Positions 48,659-59,327 are shown, counted from the first letter of the stretch. The stretch: 64,000 nucleotides of DNA from Obrimoposthia wandeli (GCA_977020255.1 CDROCS010005920.1:1-64000); one strand, 5' to 3'. Numbers and translations: made by a program. The notes: generated from the sequence alone by a model not told the origin.

Positions 48659-49747
48659 TTATTTTTCACTACCAATACAATGTGCTGTCAAAATAGCTGA
48701 CAATACAGCATTTGGCGTTACATCAAATGGCATATTATGAATTGTTTCTCCTTCTGCGCAGGCAGCTTCGGCAACGTCCCTTAAATTATCAAGATTAATA
48801 TTTTTTATCCCCATATCGGTTAAATTAGTTGGTAACCCAACGCTTTTACAGAAATTAATAACTATATTAATTTCATCCATAGGTGCATTCTCAAGTACCA
48901 GTTGTACTAATGTACCAAAAGCGACTTTTTCACCATGGTATAGATTGTGGCATTCTTCTAGTTTGGTTAAGCCATTATGTATAGCATGGGCTGCGGCAAG
49001 ACCACTGCTTTCAAAACCAATACCACTTAGATATGTATTAGCTTCAACAATATTATCAACGGCTTTTGAAGACAGTCCGTTTTCGACAGCAATTTTGGCT
49101 TTCATACCATCAGCTAGTAGCGTTTCATAACACAGTTTGGCTAATGCTTGAGCTGAACGAGTCGGTGCACCACCGGCCATAGTCATTTTTCCCGAGATTG
49201 CATTAGCCCGAGCTTCAAAATGAGTAGAAAGTGCATCACCCATACCGGCCACCAATAAGCGAACAGGTGCCTGAGCAATGATCTTTGTATCCATGACCAC
49301 CATATTTGGATTGGTTGGTAGTAGCAAGTACTCGCTAAACTCACCTTCAGGCGTATAAATAACAGCAAGCGCACTCGTTGGTGCGTCAGAAGAGGCAATC
49401 GTAGGCACTAAAACGACCGGAATTTTATTGTAGAAAGCAATGGCTTTAGCTGTATCGAGTGTTTTTCCACCACCAATACCAATGACCACATCAGCATTGG
49501 CATTTTTGCTAATATCTAATAAGCGATTAATTTCAGGCTGAGAACATTCGCCATTAAATAGTTCCATTGTTAATGTCATGCAAGTGTTTTGGAAACTACT
49601 GTCCACGGTTCCGCCAACTAAGCCAGTAACAAACTCATCAGCGATAGCTATCGGTGCATTACCATAAGGCTTCACGTATTTAGCGAGTGAAGAAAGCACA
49701 TTTTCACCTTGAATATACTTACCCGGGCTGATAATTATTTTGTCCAT
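48659..49747 (-). CDS. gldA: Glycerol dehydrogenase (hydroxyacetone reductase)
   Basis: SPGKYIQG, GGGKTLDTAK, GMGDALST.FEA, AAAHAIHNGLT, HGEKVAFG. Confidence 0.95.
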   Translation of the reverse strand: MDKIIISPGKYIQGENVLSSLAKYVKPYGNAPIAIADEFVTGLVGGTVDSSFQNTCMTLTMELFNGECSQPEINRLLDISKNANADVVIGIGGGKTLDTAKAIAFYNKIPVVLVPTIASSDAPTSALAVIYTPEGEFSEYLLLPTNPNMVVMDTKIIAQAPVRLLVAGMGDALSTHFEARANAISGKMTMAGGAPTRSAQALAKLCYETLLADGMKAKIAVENGLSSKAVDNIVEANTYLSGIGFESSGLAAAHAIHNGLTKLEECHNLYHGEKVAFGTLVQLVLENAPMDEINIVINFCKSVGLPTNLTDMGIKNINLDNLRDVAEAACAEGETIHNMPFDVTPNAVLSAILTAHCIGSEK

Positions 49748-49826
49748 TTTTTTTCCTTTTTAATTTATAACTAAAATGATTAAATATTCCGCAATTTTTT
49801 CAAATGGTTTACATATGACTTCTTAA

Positions 49827-50756
49827 CTATTTTTTCAAAATACCGACAAATCGATCTTGTTCACAAACTATTAAAGCTGAAATTTTTTTCTCCTCCATCA
49901 ATTCCAATGCTGCATGAATCGATGTATCGGGAGTCGTCGTGATCGGTAGTGGAGAACTAATACTAGAAGCGTCTAAAACAAAAATTTCTTTTTGGTACTT
50001 TTCTATCGCTCGGCGCAGGTCACCATCAGTGATCACTCCCACAACCTCTTGATGTTCAACTACGAGGGCTAGACCTAGTTGCCCTGTCGAAATGACGGTT
50101 ATTACCTCTACAAGTGTGGTTTGACAACTAACAATCGGTAGGTTCTCAGTGATCATGTCATCACTGACCCGACCTAATAAGCGCCGACCCAGACTACCGC
50201 CAGGATGAAAGCGGGCAAAATTTTCGGGCCTGAATTGCCTTGCTTGCATTAAAGCGACTGTCAGTGCATCGCCCATGACTAAAGTGGCAGTTGTCGATGC
50301 GGTTGGTGCTAATTGGAAAGGACAAGCTTCCTGAGGAACTGAAATATTAAGATGGCAATGTGAATTACTAGCTAAAGTCGACCACTGTTTACCAGTAATA
50401 GCGATAATCTGATTATTGTTTTCTCGCAAGAAAGGAAGTAACTTAAGTACTTCATCGGTTTCGCCTGAATTGGAAATGGCGATAAAGATATCTTCAGATT
50501 TCACCATTCCCAGATCACCGTGGAAAGCTTCGGCAGGATGCATGAAAAAGCTAGGTGTACCGGTACTGGCTAACGAGGCGGCTATTTTTTTTCCAATAAT
50601 ACCTGACTTTCCCATTCCACATACAATGGTTCGGCCTTTTGTGGCTAGGATCATATTAACCGCTTGAGTAAAGTCGTCACCCAGATTATCCGCCATGAAT
50701 TGAAGACCACTGATCTCAGCTTGAATAACTTCTTTTGCAGTGTCTAATCGACTCAT
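49827..50756 (-). CDS. KpsF/GutQ-family sugar-phosphate isomerase (SIS + 2 CBS)
   Basis: GMGKSGIIGKKIAA, HPAEAFHGDLG, SGET, APTASTT, FHPGGSLG. Confidence 0.92.
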   Translation of the reverse strand: MSRLDTAKEVIQAEISGLQFMADNLGDDFTQAVNMILATKGRTIVCGMGKSGIIGKKIAASLASTGTPSFFMHPAEAFHGDLGMVKSEDIFIAISNSGETDEVLKLLPFLRENNNQIIAITGKQWSTLASNSHCHLNISVPQEACPFQLAPTASTTATLVMGDALTVALMQARQFRPENFARFHPGGSLGRRLLGRVSDDMITENLPIVSCQTTLVEVITVISTGQLGLALVVEHQEVVGVITDGDLRRAIEKYQKEIFVLDASSISSPLPITTTPDTSIHAALELMEEKKISALIVCEQDRFVGILKK

Positions 50757-51241
50757 GGCTTACCCTCTTCTGATTTTTCGTCTTGGCTTAGAAAACTGTT
50801 TAACACATCAATAATAAGCTGATGGTCTTCTGCCTGAGGCAGTCCTGAGATACTGATTGCACCTACGATTCCGACGTTACGAATGGTCAGCGGAAATGAA
50901 CCACCATAAGGAGCATATTCTTTAGGATCGACTAAAGAGCGCTCTTCAATAGTTTTACCTTTGGCCTTACATGCGTTGCCCATATACCAAGAGCTACACT
51001 GATAGCGTTTTACCACATTACGCTTACGTCGGATCCACTCAGAATTATCTATGGTGGTACCCTGCATGGCATAGAAAAACAAACATTGACCGTTGAACGT
51101 AATATCAATCGTAATATTGACTTCGCGTTGCTCAGCCAGTACTTTAATTGCTCCACCTAACTCCCAAGCGCGTTGGTGATTAAAGAAGTGAAATTGAAGA
51201 TGCTGTTCCTGTGCTGCGATTTCATTAAGTATGTCGTTCAT
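50753..51241 (-). CDS. UPF0303 / GlcG-HbpS-like (heme-degrading domain) protein
   Basis: DN..WIRRKRNVV.R...SSW, GGSFPL, VGAISISGLPQ.EDH. Confidence 0.85.
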   Translation of the reverse strand: MNDILNEIAAQEQHLQFHFFNHQRAWELGGAIKVLAEQREVNITIDITFNGQCLFFYAMQGTTIDNSEWIRRKRNVVKRYQCSSWYMGNACKAKGKTIEERSLVDPKEYAPYGGSFPLTIRNVGIVGAISISGLPQAEDHQLIIDVLNSFLSQDEKSEEGKP

Positions 51242-51281
51242 ACCATTCTCTTATTTATTAGAATTTGAAACTACCAACATG

Positions 51282-52322
51282 CTATAGATAGATCCGACGC
51301 TCTTGCTCATCGCTTCGATAGGCAGCTTCGATGATTTCAATGACAGCTAGTGCTTCTTTGGCTAAAACAGGTAATACAGAGCCGGTTCTGATCGCATCTG
51401 CAACTTGAAAGTAGAATTGCTCGTAACCTCCATGGCAAGTCGGAATGATTTCATTATGGGGTTGTTCATCAGAAATATAGCCAGCACAACCATACAACGC
51501 GGGCTTATCAACGCCCCACTCTAGACTCTCTGGGCCAATACTTTGTCGCAGAAGATCCTCTTGAAGATCCATGCCGTATTTTATGAAAGAACCTTTGTCG
51601 CCAAAGATTTGAAAACGTGGGCCGGGTGTTGTACTTAGGCAGTTACCATGCAAGATCACTTCTCGTGTCGGGTAGCTCAGGATGAGATGGAAATGATCAA
51701 CAGCTTGAGTTCCTATACGTTGATATCGCAAATGGGCATCAACAGAATCAGGCATACCAAAAAGCTGCAAAGCTTGATCTATCAGGTGTGAACCTAGGTC
51801 ATACAAAATTCCAGAGCCAGGCTCATCACGTTCTCGCCAACGTTCCTTAACATGTGGGCGATAACGGTTGTAATTGGAAATAAAAGTATGAACCTCACCT
51901 AATTTGCCTTTATCCATTAATTTTTTGATAGTAACAAAATCGCCATCAAAACGACGACTCTGATAAACTGTCAACAGTTTGTTCTGTTCTTTTGCTAATT
52001 GAATCAGTCTTTCACCTGAAGCACTATTAATCACGAAGGGTTTTTCAACCACAACATGTTTGCCTGCTCTAAGAGCCATCGCGGCCATAGCGTAATGTTT
52101 TTCGTTCGGGGTTGCGATGACGACAAGTTCTACCTCACTTTCTGTCAATACATTTTCAATGCTGCTATAAACTTCAACCTGAGGTAACACCGCTTTAACC
52201 TTGTCTGAGTTGCTTGATACAACGGCGGTTAAGTCCAGAGTAGGAACGGATTGAATCACAGGTGTTTGAAAGTAACGCCCGGATATTCCAAAACCGATGA
52301 GGGCTGTTTTGATTGGGTTCAT
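51282..52322 (-). CDS. Gfo/Idh/MocA oxidoreductase (YdgJ/IolW-like)
   Basis: LIGFG.SG, IATPN..H, GKHVVVEKP, YQSRRFDGDF, LYDLGSHLIDQ. Confidence 0.92.
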   Translation of the reverse strand: MNPIKTALIGFGISGRYFQTPVIQSVPTLDLTAVVSSNSDKVKAVLPQVEVYSSIENVLTESEVELVVIATPNEKHYAMAAMALRAGKHVVVEKPFVINSASGERLIQLAKEQNKLLTVYQSRRFDGDFVTIKKLMDKGKLGEVHTFISNYNRYRPHVKERWRERDEPGSGILYDLGSHLIDQALQLFGMPDSVDAHLRYQRIGTQAVDHFHLILSYPTREVILHGNCLSTTPGPRFQIFGDKGSFIKYGMDLQEDLLRQSIGPESLEWGVDKPALYGCAGYISDEQPHNEIIPTCHGGYEQFYFQVADAIRTGSVLPVLAKEALAVIEIIEAAYRSDEQERRIYL

Positions 52323-52448
52323 TCTGTTCTCGACACATGTTGAATTGGACATTGCTATATGAGAACAAAACATTCCCACAATATATCGCTTTGGAAAATA
52401 TAAGGTGGCATCCATATATGGAATGTCGCCATCTTATTTGTCACTAAT

Positions 52449-54959
52449 TTATTGCTCTAATTCAGTTTTAAGAATCTGCTCAACTTGCTCGACAGATTGA
52501 GCATCTAGCAAATTCTGTCGAAACTGTTCGTGCATAATACGACGGGCTAATTTTGAGAAAATTTTCATGTGCTGATCACCGGCCGCATGCTTGTTCAAGG
52601 TTAACATAATGACAAACTGCGCTTCGTCATCGCCCCACAAGATAGGTTTAGCCAGCCTTGTCACACTGATCGTCGACTGCTCAATGTGCTCACTTTTGGT
52701 ATGGGGAATAGCAAAGCCAAAGCCCAAACCGGTTGAGAACACATCTTCTCTTGCCCATAAATCGTCAGCCAACTTATTTTGATATCGGCAGCGACCGGCT
52801 AGGAACAGATTATCAGTCAGAGTCTTGAACACTTCTTCTTTGCTTCGTAGTTCAGCGTCAAGGGTAATGCACTCTTTGGTGATTAATGGTGCGTCAGTCT
52901 GCTCCATACGAAATTGAGCCAGCAGGTGTTCCACTTCTAACGTGGTGCGGCAGTTCATTGCTTTGTTAAGTAGTTGACGGCATAAACGGCTATCAAGCTT
53001 GGCGATACGCTCTTTCGTCGCCGGAATGCTGGGTGCACTCATACTAATTTCATCTAAACCCAGACCAACCAGTAATGGCAGAACCGACCCTTTGGCCCCT
53101 AATTCGCCACATAAACCAATCCACTTTCCATGACGGTGAACTTCTCTTACGACATGATCCAGAGTACGTAAAAATGCTGGGTTCAAGCTATTGTAGGTCT
53201 TTGTAACTTTGGCATTGTCACGATCGACGGCCATTAGATATTGGGTCAGGTCATTTGAGCCGATAGAGAAGAAGTCAATTTCTTCGCAGCACTGATCAAT
53301 AATGAAAGCGACAGATGGTACTTCCAGCATAATGCCCAATGGAATTTTTTCATCAAATGGGAGCTTTTCTTTACGAAGCTCCTGACGGACTTCGGCTAAT
53401 ACATCTTTCACCCAGAGGATTTCTTCAACAGATGAAATCATCGGAATCATGATTTTTAACGGGCCGTGGGCTGATGCACGTAAAATACTGCGTAGCTGGG
53501 TTTTGAATAGCTCGATAAACTCTTCGTAAATTCGTACTGCACGGTAGCCTAGAAATGGGTTTTTTTCTGCTGGGATCTTCAAGTAATCAACGGGCTTATC
53601 GCCACCGATATCGATAGTCCTTACGATAATAGGCTTGTCATTTGCCGCTTCAATCGCCTGACAAAAAATATTGTAGAGTTCGTCTTCATCCGGCGCGCTG
53701 GTGCGGTCCATGTAAAGCATTTCGGTACGGAAAAGGCCAACACTTTCTGCACCATTATTGAATGCCGGTTTGGCTTCAATAGCGTGTGCAATATTGGCGG
53801 CAATTTCAATTTTTATACCATCAGCCGTCTGACCTTGCTGCTCACGAAATAGGCTTTGTCGTTCAGCCACAATATTTGCAACTCGTTGCTCTTCTTGATA
53901 GTAACGAGTGACTTGTTCATTAATTTCAGTAACAACTAAGCCAAGATCGCCATCAAGCAAGACTTCTGAATCGAGATAGTCGGTGACAGAATTTTCATCA
54001 ATGCCAATCAGGGTCGGAATACCAAATGAACGAGCAAGGATAACCGTGTGTGATGTGCTGCCACCATGGGTGAGCATTAGCCCTTTCAACAGGCTCTTAT
54101 CTAGTTCCAGAAATTGGCTGGGTGTTAAGTCATCGGCCAAACAGATCGATGGCCCAGTAAGTATGAGCTTATTATCAAAGTGCTCTTCGCCATACACCGC
54201 TTGCAGCAACTGAAAACAGATATCACGAATATCCAGTTCACGCTCCCTCAGATAGCTGCTCGAAGAGTTCTGAAGTTGTGCGCAATAGTATTGAGCCGTG
54301 GCGATAATTGAGTTGGCACAACTCTGTTTGTCTTCACTCAGGTTCTGTCCCAGTTTTACACGAAACTCCTCATCGTTAAGAATAGATAAGTGTGCTTCAA
54401 TCACAGCAACTTCTGTACCTGCACCAACTTTCTTTTGTAAGGTGAGTGAGGAAGCCACTTTTTCAAGACCTTGAGCCAGCATGACTTGCTCTTCATCGTT
54501 GCTACGAGCAGATGGCAAATCGGTAAGTGCATCAAAGTTAATACTTCCCACACGCAGCAACTTACCTTGACCAATGCCCGTACTAACGGGACGTCCGCGA
54601 ACCAAACTAGGATTTAGATTGCTCAGGTTACGAGGAAGCGGTTCAAATTCACCATCATCACTCTCCGCGATTTCAAGCGCCTCGTCACAATGGGGGAATT
54701 CCTCTTTAATAAACCTGGTTAGCCGCTCAAATGCTGCGGCTTCATCTTCACCCTCAATGGTGATTAAACATTTATCACCATTGAGAGTATCGGTACCAAT
54801 AAGTGATAAAACACTTTTTGCGTTACCTACCACACCAGTGCGCTCATTTCTCCAATTAATAGCTGCTTTAAATTCATTACACAAAGCTTCTATATTGCTA
54901 GCAGGACGAGCATGTACACCATTAGGCAGCTCGCAGGAAAAGGTCAGGGTCTTAGCCAT
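52449..54959 (-). CDS. ptsA: Multiphosphoryl transfer protein HPr-EI-EIIA (PtsA/FrwA)
   Basis: LPNGVHARPAS, TSHTVILARS, GLFRTEML, DFFSIGSNDLTQY, AIPHTKS. Confidence 0.95.
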   Translation of the reverse strand: MAKTLTFSCELPNGVHARPASNIEALCNEFKAAINWRNERTGVVGNAKSVLSLIGTDTLNGDKCLITIEGEDEAAAFERLTRFIKEEFPHCDEALEIAESDDGEFEPLPRNLSNLNPSLVRGRPVSTGIGQGKLLRVGSINFDALTDLPSARSNDEEQVMLAQGLEKVASSLTLQKKVGAGTEVAVIEAHLSILNDEEFRVKLGQNLSEDKQSCANSIIATAQYYCAQLQNSSSSYLRERELDIRDICFQLLQAVYGEEHFDNKLILTGPSICLADDLTPSQFLELDKSLLKGLMLTHGGSTSHTVILARSFGIPTLIGIDENSVTDYLDSEVLLDGDLGLVVTEINEQVTRYYQEEQRVANIVAERQSLFREQQGQTADGIKIEIAANIAHAIEAKPAFNNGAESVGLFRTEMLYMDRTSAPDEDELYNIFCQAIEAANDKPIIVRTIDIGGDKPVDYLKIPAEKNPFLGYRAVRIYEEFIELFKTQLRSILRASAHGPLKIMIPMISSVEEILWVKDVLAEVRQELRKEKLPFDEKIPLGIMLEVPSVAFIIDQCCEEIDFFSIGSNDLTQYLMAVDRDNAKVTKTYNSLNPAFLRTLDHVVREVHRHGKWIGLCGELGAKGSVLPLLVGLGLDEISMSAPSIPATKERIAKLDSRLCRQLLNKAMNCRTTLEVEHLLAQFRMEQTDAPLITKECITLDAELRSKEEVFKTLTDNLFLAGRCRYQNKLADDLWAREDVFSTGLGFGFAIPHTKSEHIEQSTISVTRLAKPILWGDDEAQFVIMLTLNKHAAGDQHMKIFSKLARRIMHEQFRQNLLDAQSVEQVEQILKTELEQ

Positions 54960-55099
54960 AAGTTGTTTCCTCAGAAATTGTTCAATCTCACTGGATTTGA
55001 ATGAATACGTGCTTTACCACAAAGAATAGTGTTTGAAGCAGAAGCAAACTATGGGACATTTCTACGAAACACTAGACAAATGTTACAACCTCTCTGCTA

Positions 55100-55255
55100 T
55101 GTGATCTCGTTCAAATTTGTTATTAAAAATATACTCCTTGTAATAATGAATTATCCCAAACTCATCGTTAAATGGTAATTCATTGATATTTATTGTTTAA
55201 ACACGTTTAACAAGTAAGCGATGCTTACTTGTTAATTTACGTGAGTCAGATCACC
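55100..55255. promoter_or_regulatory. Two CRP-like sites (55100-55115, 55240-55255) and a 13-bp-stem palindrome (55207-55235) in the ptsA/frwC divergent promoter
   Basis: TGTGA-N6-TCAAA; CGTGA-N6-TCACC; TTAACAAGTAAGC-GAT-GCTTACTTGTTAA. Confidence 0.65.
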
Positions 55256-55424
55256 CTTTCACTAAGATCTAACAATAATCCAGTAAATCGTATTTTTATC
55301 TTCTCTTTATAAGGGCTCATTTCTCACATTATTAAATACGAACAAATAGATTTCCCTACATTAATTATTAAAATAATTCTGATCAAATTGTTAAGTTTGA
55401 TCCCCTGTACCTAAGGAGAGCATC

Positions 55425-56504
55425 GTGAATGACCTCATCAAAATCTTAAAAAACACTAGGCAACACCTAATGACAGGTGTTTCACATATGATCCCGTTTG
55501 TTGTTGCCGGCGGCATCTTATTGGCAGCATCTGTAATGCTTTATGGTGAAGGTGCTGTACCTGAAAATGGAACCTGGCTTCATGACTTATTCTTTATCGG
55601 TGTCGCCGGCTTCCAACTTATGGTTCCTTTTCTGGCCGCTTATATTGGCTACTCGATTGCTGACCGCTCAGCATTAGCACCATCGGCCATTGCCGCCTTT
55701 GTCGGTGCAAATATGTACAACACTGGCTTTTTCGGTGCCATTTTTGCTGGCCTGCTCGGTGGTATTGTTGTTTTCTATTTGAAGAAGATAAAAGTACCGT
55801 CATTTGCACGTTCAGTGATGCCAATCTTCGTCATTCCTATCATTGGTACTTTTATTACTGCTGGTGCAATTGTCTGGGGGATCGGTGCACCTATAGGTGC
55901 AATGACAGCATCATTGACTGAATTCCTAAAAGAAATGCAAGGCTCCAGCATTGTAGTGTTGGCTATCATCATAGGGTTGATGATCTCCTTTGATATGGGC
56001 GGACCGGTTAATAAAGTCGCCTATGCGTTCGTTATTCTTTGTGTAGGTGAAGGCCTTTACGATGTTGCCGGTATTAGTTCCGTTGCTGTCGCAGTTCCAT
56101 CTGTAGGTATGGGCCTCGCCACCTTCCTAGGTAAAAAATTGTATGACGATAGTGAGCGAGAAGCTGGTCGTGCTTCCATTCTGATGGGTACGATGGGTAT
56201 CACTGAAGGGGCTATCCCATTTGCTGCCGCCGATCCGTTACGTGTACTTCCTTCAATCATGATTGGTACCGCTTGCGGTGCTGCGACTGCCGCCGTATTA
56301 GGAGTTAAAAGCTATGCCGCCTGGGGTGGCCTGATTGTGTTACCCGTGGTTGATGGCCGCTTTGGGTTCATCATTGCACTGGCTGTTGGTTCGGTTTCAA
56401 CTGCATTAATCGTGAATTTTCTTAAGAAATATACTCGTCAGACACAATCCAAAGTAGACCCAAACCACTCAGGTGAACTGGACCTAGATATTGATATTGG
56501 TTAA
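55425..56504 (+). CDS. frwC: PTS fructose-like EIIC
   Basis: RQHLMTGVSHMIPFVVAGG, FDMGGPVNK, GITEGAIPFAAADP. Confidence 0.92.
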   Translation: MNDLIKILKNTRQHLMTGVSHMIPFVVAGGILLAASVMLYGEGAVPENGTWLHDLFFIGVAGFQLMVPFLAAYIGYSIADRSALAPSAIAAFVGANMYNTGFFGAIFAGLLGGIVVFYLKKIKVPSFARSVMPIFVIPIIGTFITAGAIVWGIGAPIGAMTASLTEFLKEMQGSSIVVLAIIIGLMISFDMGGPVNKVAYAFVILCVGEGLYDVAGISSVAVAVPSVGMGLATFLGKKLYDDSEREAGRASILMGTMGITEGAIPFAAADPLRVLPSIMIGTACGAATAAVLGVKSYAAWGGLIVLPVVDGRFGFIIALAVGSVSTALIVNFLKKYTRQTQSKVDPNHSGELDLDIDIG

Positions 56505-56583
56505 GGCTTCCAGTCACATTTTCCAGCGTTCTCTAATCGCTGGGTACAAAACAAAATTTATTGCTACTTATTGAAAGGTAAAT

Positions 56584-56916
56584 ATGATGAAAAAAGTTAT
56601 TGCTGTTACCGCTTGCCCATCTGGCGTTGCTCATACCTATATGGCTGCAGAAGCAATTGAAACTTCAGCTAAGGCTAAAGGCTGGGAATGCAAGGTAGAA
56701 ACCCAAGGCTCAATTGGTATTGAAAATGAATTGACCGACGATGAAATAACTGCGGCAGATATTGTGATCCTCACCAAAGATATTGGTATCAAAGGCGAAG
56801 ATCGCTTCCAGGGTAAAACCGTTGTCCGCGTTGGTGTGAGCGATGCAGTTAAACGTGCAGATGCTGTAATGGCTAAAATTGAAGCGCACTTTACCAAAGT
56901 AGATGCAAACGCTTAA
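56584..56916 (+). CDS. frwB: PTS fructose-like EIIB
   Basis: AVTACPSGVAHTYMAAE, KVETQGSIG. Confidence 0.92.
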   Translation: MMKKVIAVTACPSGVAHTYMAAEAIETSAKAKGWECKVETQGSIGIENELTDDEITAADIVILTKDIGIKGEDRFQGKTVVRVGVSDAVKRADAVMAKIEAHFTKVDANA

Positions 56917-56936
56917 ACACTTTGCTATCAAATCTG

Positions 56937-56960
56937 TCAGTAGGGCCCTGCCCCTACTGA
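56937..56960 (+). terminator. Intercistronic hairpin between frwB and pflD
   Basis: TCAGTAGGG-CCCTGC-CCCTACTGA, no clear U-tract. Confidence 0.5.
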
Positions 56961-57017
56961 AACATAACAATAATAATATCTATTAATCATAGTCAGTCAG
57001 ATCAACTGGAGCGTTTT

Positions 57018-59327
57018 ATGAGTACAGCCCGGATCAATCACCTTAAATCTTCCCTTTTTGATGCCAAGCGTGAGATTTCTCTCGAACGAGCACTTCTATA
57101 CACAGAAAGTCATCAGCAGACCGACGGTGAACCAACACTCATTCGTCGAGCTAAAGCTACATCTCATGTGATGGACAATGTTGAGATCTCCATTCGGGAA
57201 AATGAGCTCCTCGCAGGTAACCGCACAGTAAAACCTCGCGTAGGGATAGTGTCACCTGAAATGGACCCCTATTGGATCGACAAAGAGCTGGATATTTTTC
57301 CTTCTCGCCCACAAGACAAGTTTGATATCTCCGAGCAAGACAAAAATATCTATCGCCAGCAGTTGCTACCGTATTGGTCACAACGCTCGATGAAGGATTT
57401 TATCAATAGTCAATTTCCTGATGAGATCCGAGAAGCAACCAGCCAGAAAGTATTTTCAGTTAACCAGACTGACAAAGGCCAAGGGCACATCATCATTGAC
57501 TATGATCGTCTGTTGGAAAATGGTTTGGGTCGCCTTACCGATGAGATGACAACGTTAGCAACACAAAATCCAGGTAACCATTTCTACACGGCAGTTCAGT
57601 TGTTACTCGAAGCAAGCACCCGACACATCTGCCGCTATGAGCAATTAGCCCAGGAGATGGCTGATAGCCTTGAGCATGAAGGAAAAATGGAACGCGCTGC
57701 TGAATTAAAGCACATTGCTGAAATCTCGGCCAAAATAGCTATTGAGCCGCCAGAAACATTTTATGAAGCATGCCAGTTATTCTGGTACATGAACATTATT
57801 CTGCAATACGAATCCAATGCGAGTTCTCTTTCTCTGGGCCGTTTTGATCAGTACATGTTGCCATTTTATCGCGCATCACTAGATGCAGGTGAAGATCCAG
57901 CCTTCCTGCAAGAGTTACTGGAAAGTCTGTGGGTTAAGATGAATGACATTGTGCTGTTGCGTTCGACAAACAGTGCCAAGTTCTTTGCCGGGTTTCCAAC
58001 CGGATACACGATATTGCTTGGTGGATTGAACGAAACAGGTCATAGCGCCGTCAACGAACTATCTACTCTATGTCTGGACTCTTACCAAAATATTCAACTG
58101 CCTCAGCCAAACTTAGGTGTGCGTATCAACGAACTGATCGACCGTCAGTTCTTACAAAAAACCGCTGAAACCATCCGATTGGGGACCGGTATACCTCAAA
58201 TATTTAATGACGAAGTGGTGGTACCTGCCTTCCTGAACCGTGGTGTCTCTCTCGAAGATGCCCGTGACTATTCTGTCGTGGGTTGTGTGGAATTATCTAT
58301 TCCGGGTAAGACTTATGGCTTGCATGATATTGCGATGTTTAATCTACTTAAAGTCATGGAGCTGGTTCTTAAGCGTAATCAACATAACTCGGACGTGAGT
58401 TATGACAGCTTGGTTGAACAAATTCGTGACGATATCTGCCACTACGTAAAACTGATGGCTGAAGGCTCGAATATTTGTGATATTGGCCATCGAGATTGGG
58501 CTCCAGTACCACTTCTTTCCTCTTTCATCAATGACTGTATCGAAAATGGACAAGATATTACTAACGGTGGAAGTCGTTATAACTTCTCGGGCGTACAGGG
58601 GATAGGTATCGCTAACCTGTCAGATTCACTTCATGCACTGAAGAAATTTGTGTTCGAAGAGAAACGCATGAGCTACGCAGATTTCATTGAAACGCTGGAC
58701 TGCAATTTCGAAAATGAAGGTGGAGACAAAGTCCGTGCTCGACTGATCAATCGTTACGAGAAGTTCGGTAATGACATCGATGATGTAGACATGATCAGTG
58801 CCGACTTATTACGCCTGTTCTGTAAAGAAGTCGAGCAATACGATAATCCACGTGGTGGTAAATTTACCCCCGGTTCGTATACCGTCTCAGCCCACATACC
58901 ACTCGGGCAAGTGGTGGGTGCTACACCTGATGGACGGTTAGCGAAAGAGCAGCTGGCCGACGGCGGTCTGTCACCTATGCTCGGTCAAGATCAGACCGGA
59001 CCGACCGCGGTACTCAAGTCAGTCAGCAAACTTGATAACTATCTGTTGTCCAATGGCAGCCTGCTCAACGCCAAGTTTACGCCAAGCACACTTGAAGGTG
59101 AGCAAGGCATTAACAAGCTGTGTGATTTCTTACATGCATTCATGAAGCTTAAGTTACAGCACATTCAGTTTAACGTGCTCAACGCTGACACGCTCAAAAA
59201 AGCACAAGAAAATCCAGGAGATTATGCTGGTTTGGTGGTACGAGTTGCCGGGTACAGTGCGTTTTTTGTTGAGTTGTCCAAAGAAATCCAGGACGACATT
59301 ATTCGTCGAACTGCCCATGAGCTGTAA
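57018..59327 (+). CDS. pflD: Glycyl-radical enzyme PflD type (1,5-anhydromannitol-6-P ring-opening enzyme by homology)
   Basis: REISLERALLYT.SH.QT.GEP, NQTDKGQGHII, VVGCVELS, RVAGYSAFFVEL. Confidence 0.93.
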   Translation: MSTARINHLKSSLFDAKREISLERALLYTESHQQTDGEPTLIRRAKATSHVMDNVEISIRENELLAGNRTVKPRVGIVSPEMDPYWIDKELDIFPSRPQDKFDISEQDKNIYRQQLLPYWSQRSMKDFINSQFPDEIREATSQKVFSVNQTDKGQGHIIIDYDRLLENGLGRLTDEMTTLATQNPGNHFYTAVQLLLEASTRHICRYEQLAQEMADSLEHEGKMERAAELKHIAEISAKIAIEPPETFYEACQLFWYMNIILQYESNASSLSLGRFDQYMLPFYRASLDAGEDPAFLQELLESLWVKMNDIVLLRSTNSAKFFAGFPTGYTILLGGLNETGHSAVNELSTLCLDSYQNIQLPQPNLGVRINELIDRQFLQKTAETIRLGTGIPQIFNDEVVVPAFLNRGVSLEDARDYSVVGCVELSIPGKTYGLHDIAMFNLLKVMELVLKRNQHNSDVSYDSLVEQIRDDICHYVKLMAEGSNICDIGHRDWAPVPLLSSFINDCIENGQDITNGGSRYNFSGVQGIGIANLSDSLHALKKFVFEEKRMSYADFIETLDCNFENEGGDKVRARLINRYEKFGNDIDDVDMISADLLRLFCKEVEQYDNPRGGKFTPGSYTVSAHIPLGQVVGATPDGRLAKEQLADGGLSPMLGQDQTGPTAVLKSVSKLDNYLLSNGSLLNAKFTPSTLEGEQGINKLCDFLHAFMKLKLQHIQFNVLNADTLKKAQENPGDYAGLVVRVAGYSAFFVELSKEIQDDIIRRTAHEL

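Noticed and set aside
51282-59316. Longer ORF-track starts for yciT, the Gfo/Idh/MocA gene, pflC and some transposases
   Set aside because: Family homology and RBS position point to downstream ATGs (18018, 52322, 59317, 13323, 4947).
18093-59327. Calling either GRE a true pyruvate formate-lyase, choline TMA-lyase or diol dehydratase
   Set aside because: Single-Cys loops (GCIE, GCVE) rather than the PFL Cys-Cys pair, no microcompartment genes, and sequence and context match ybiW and pflD.
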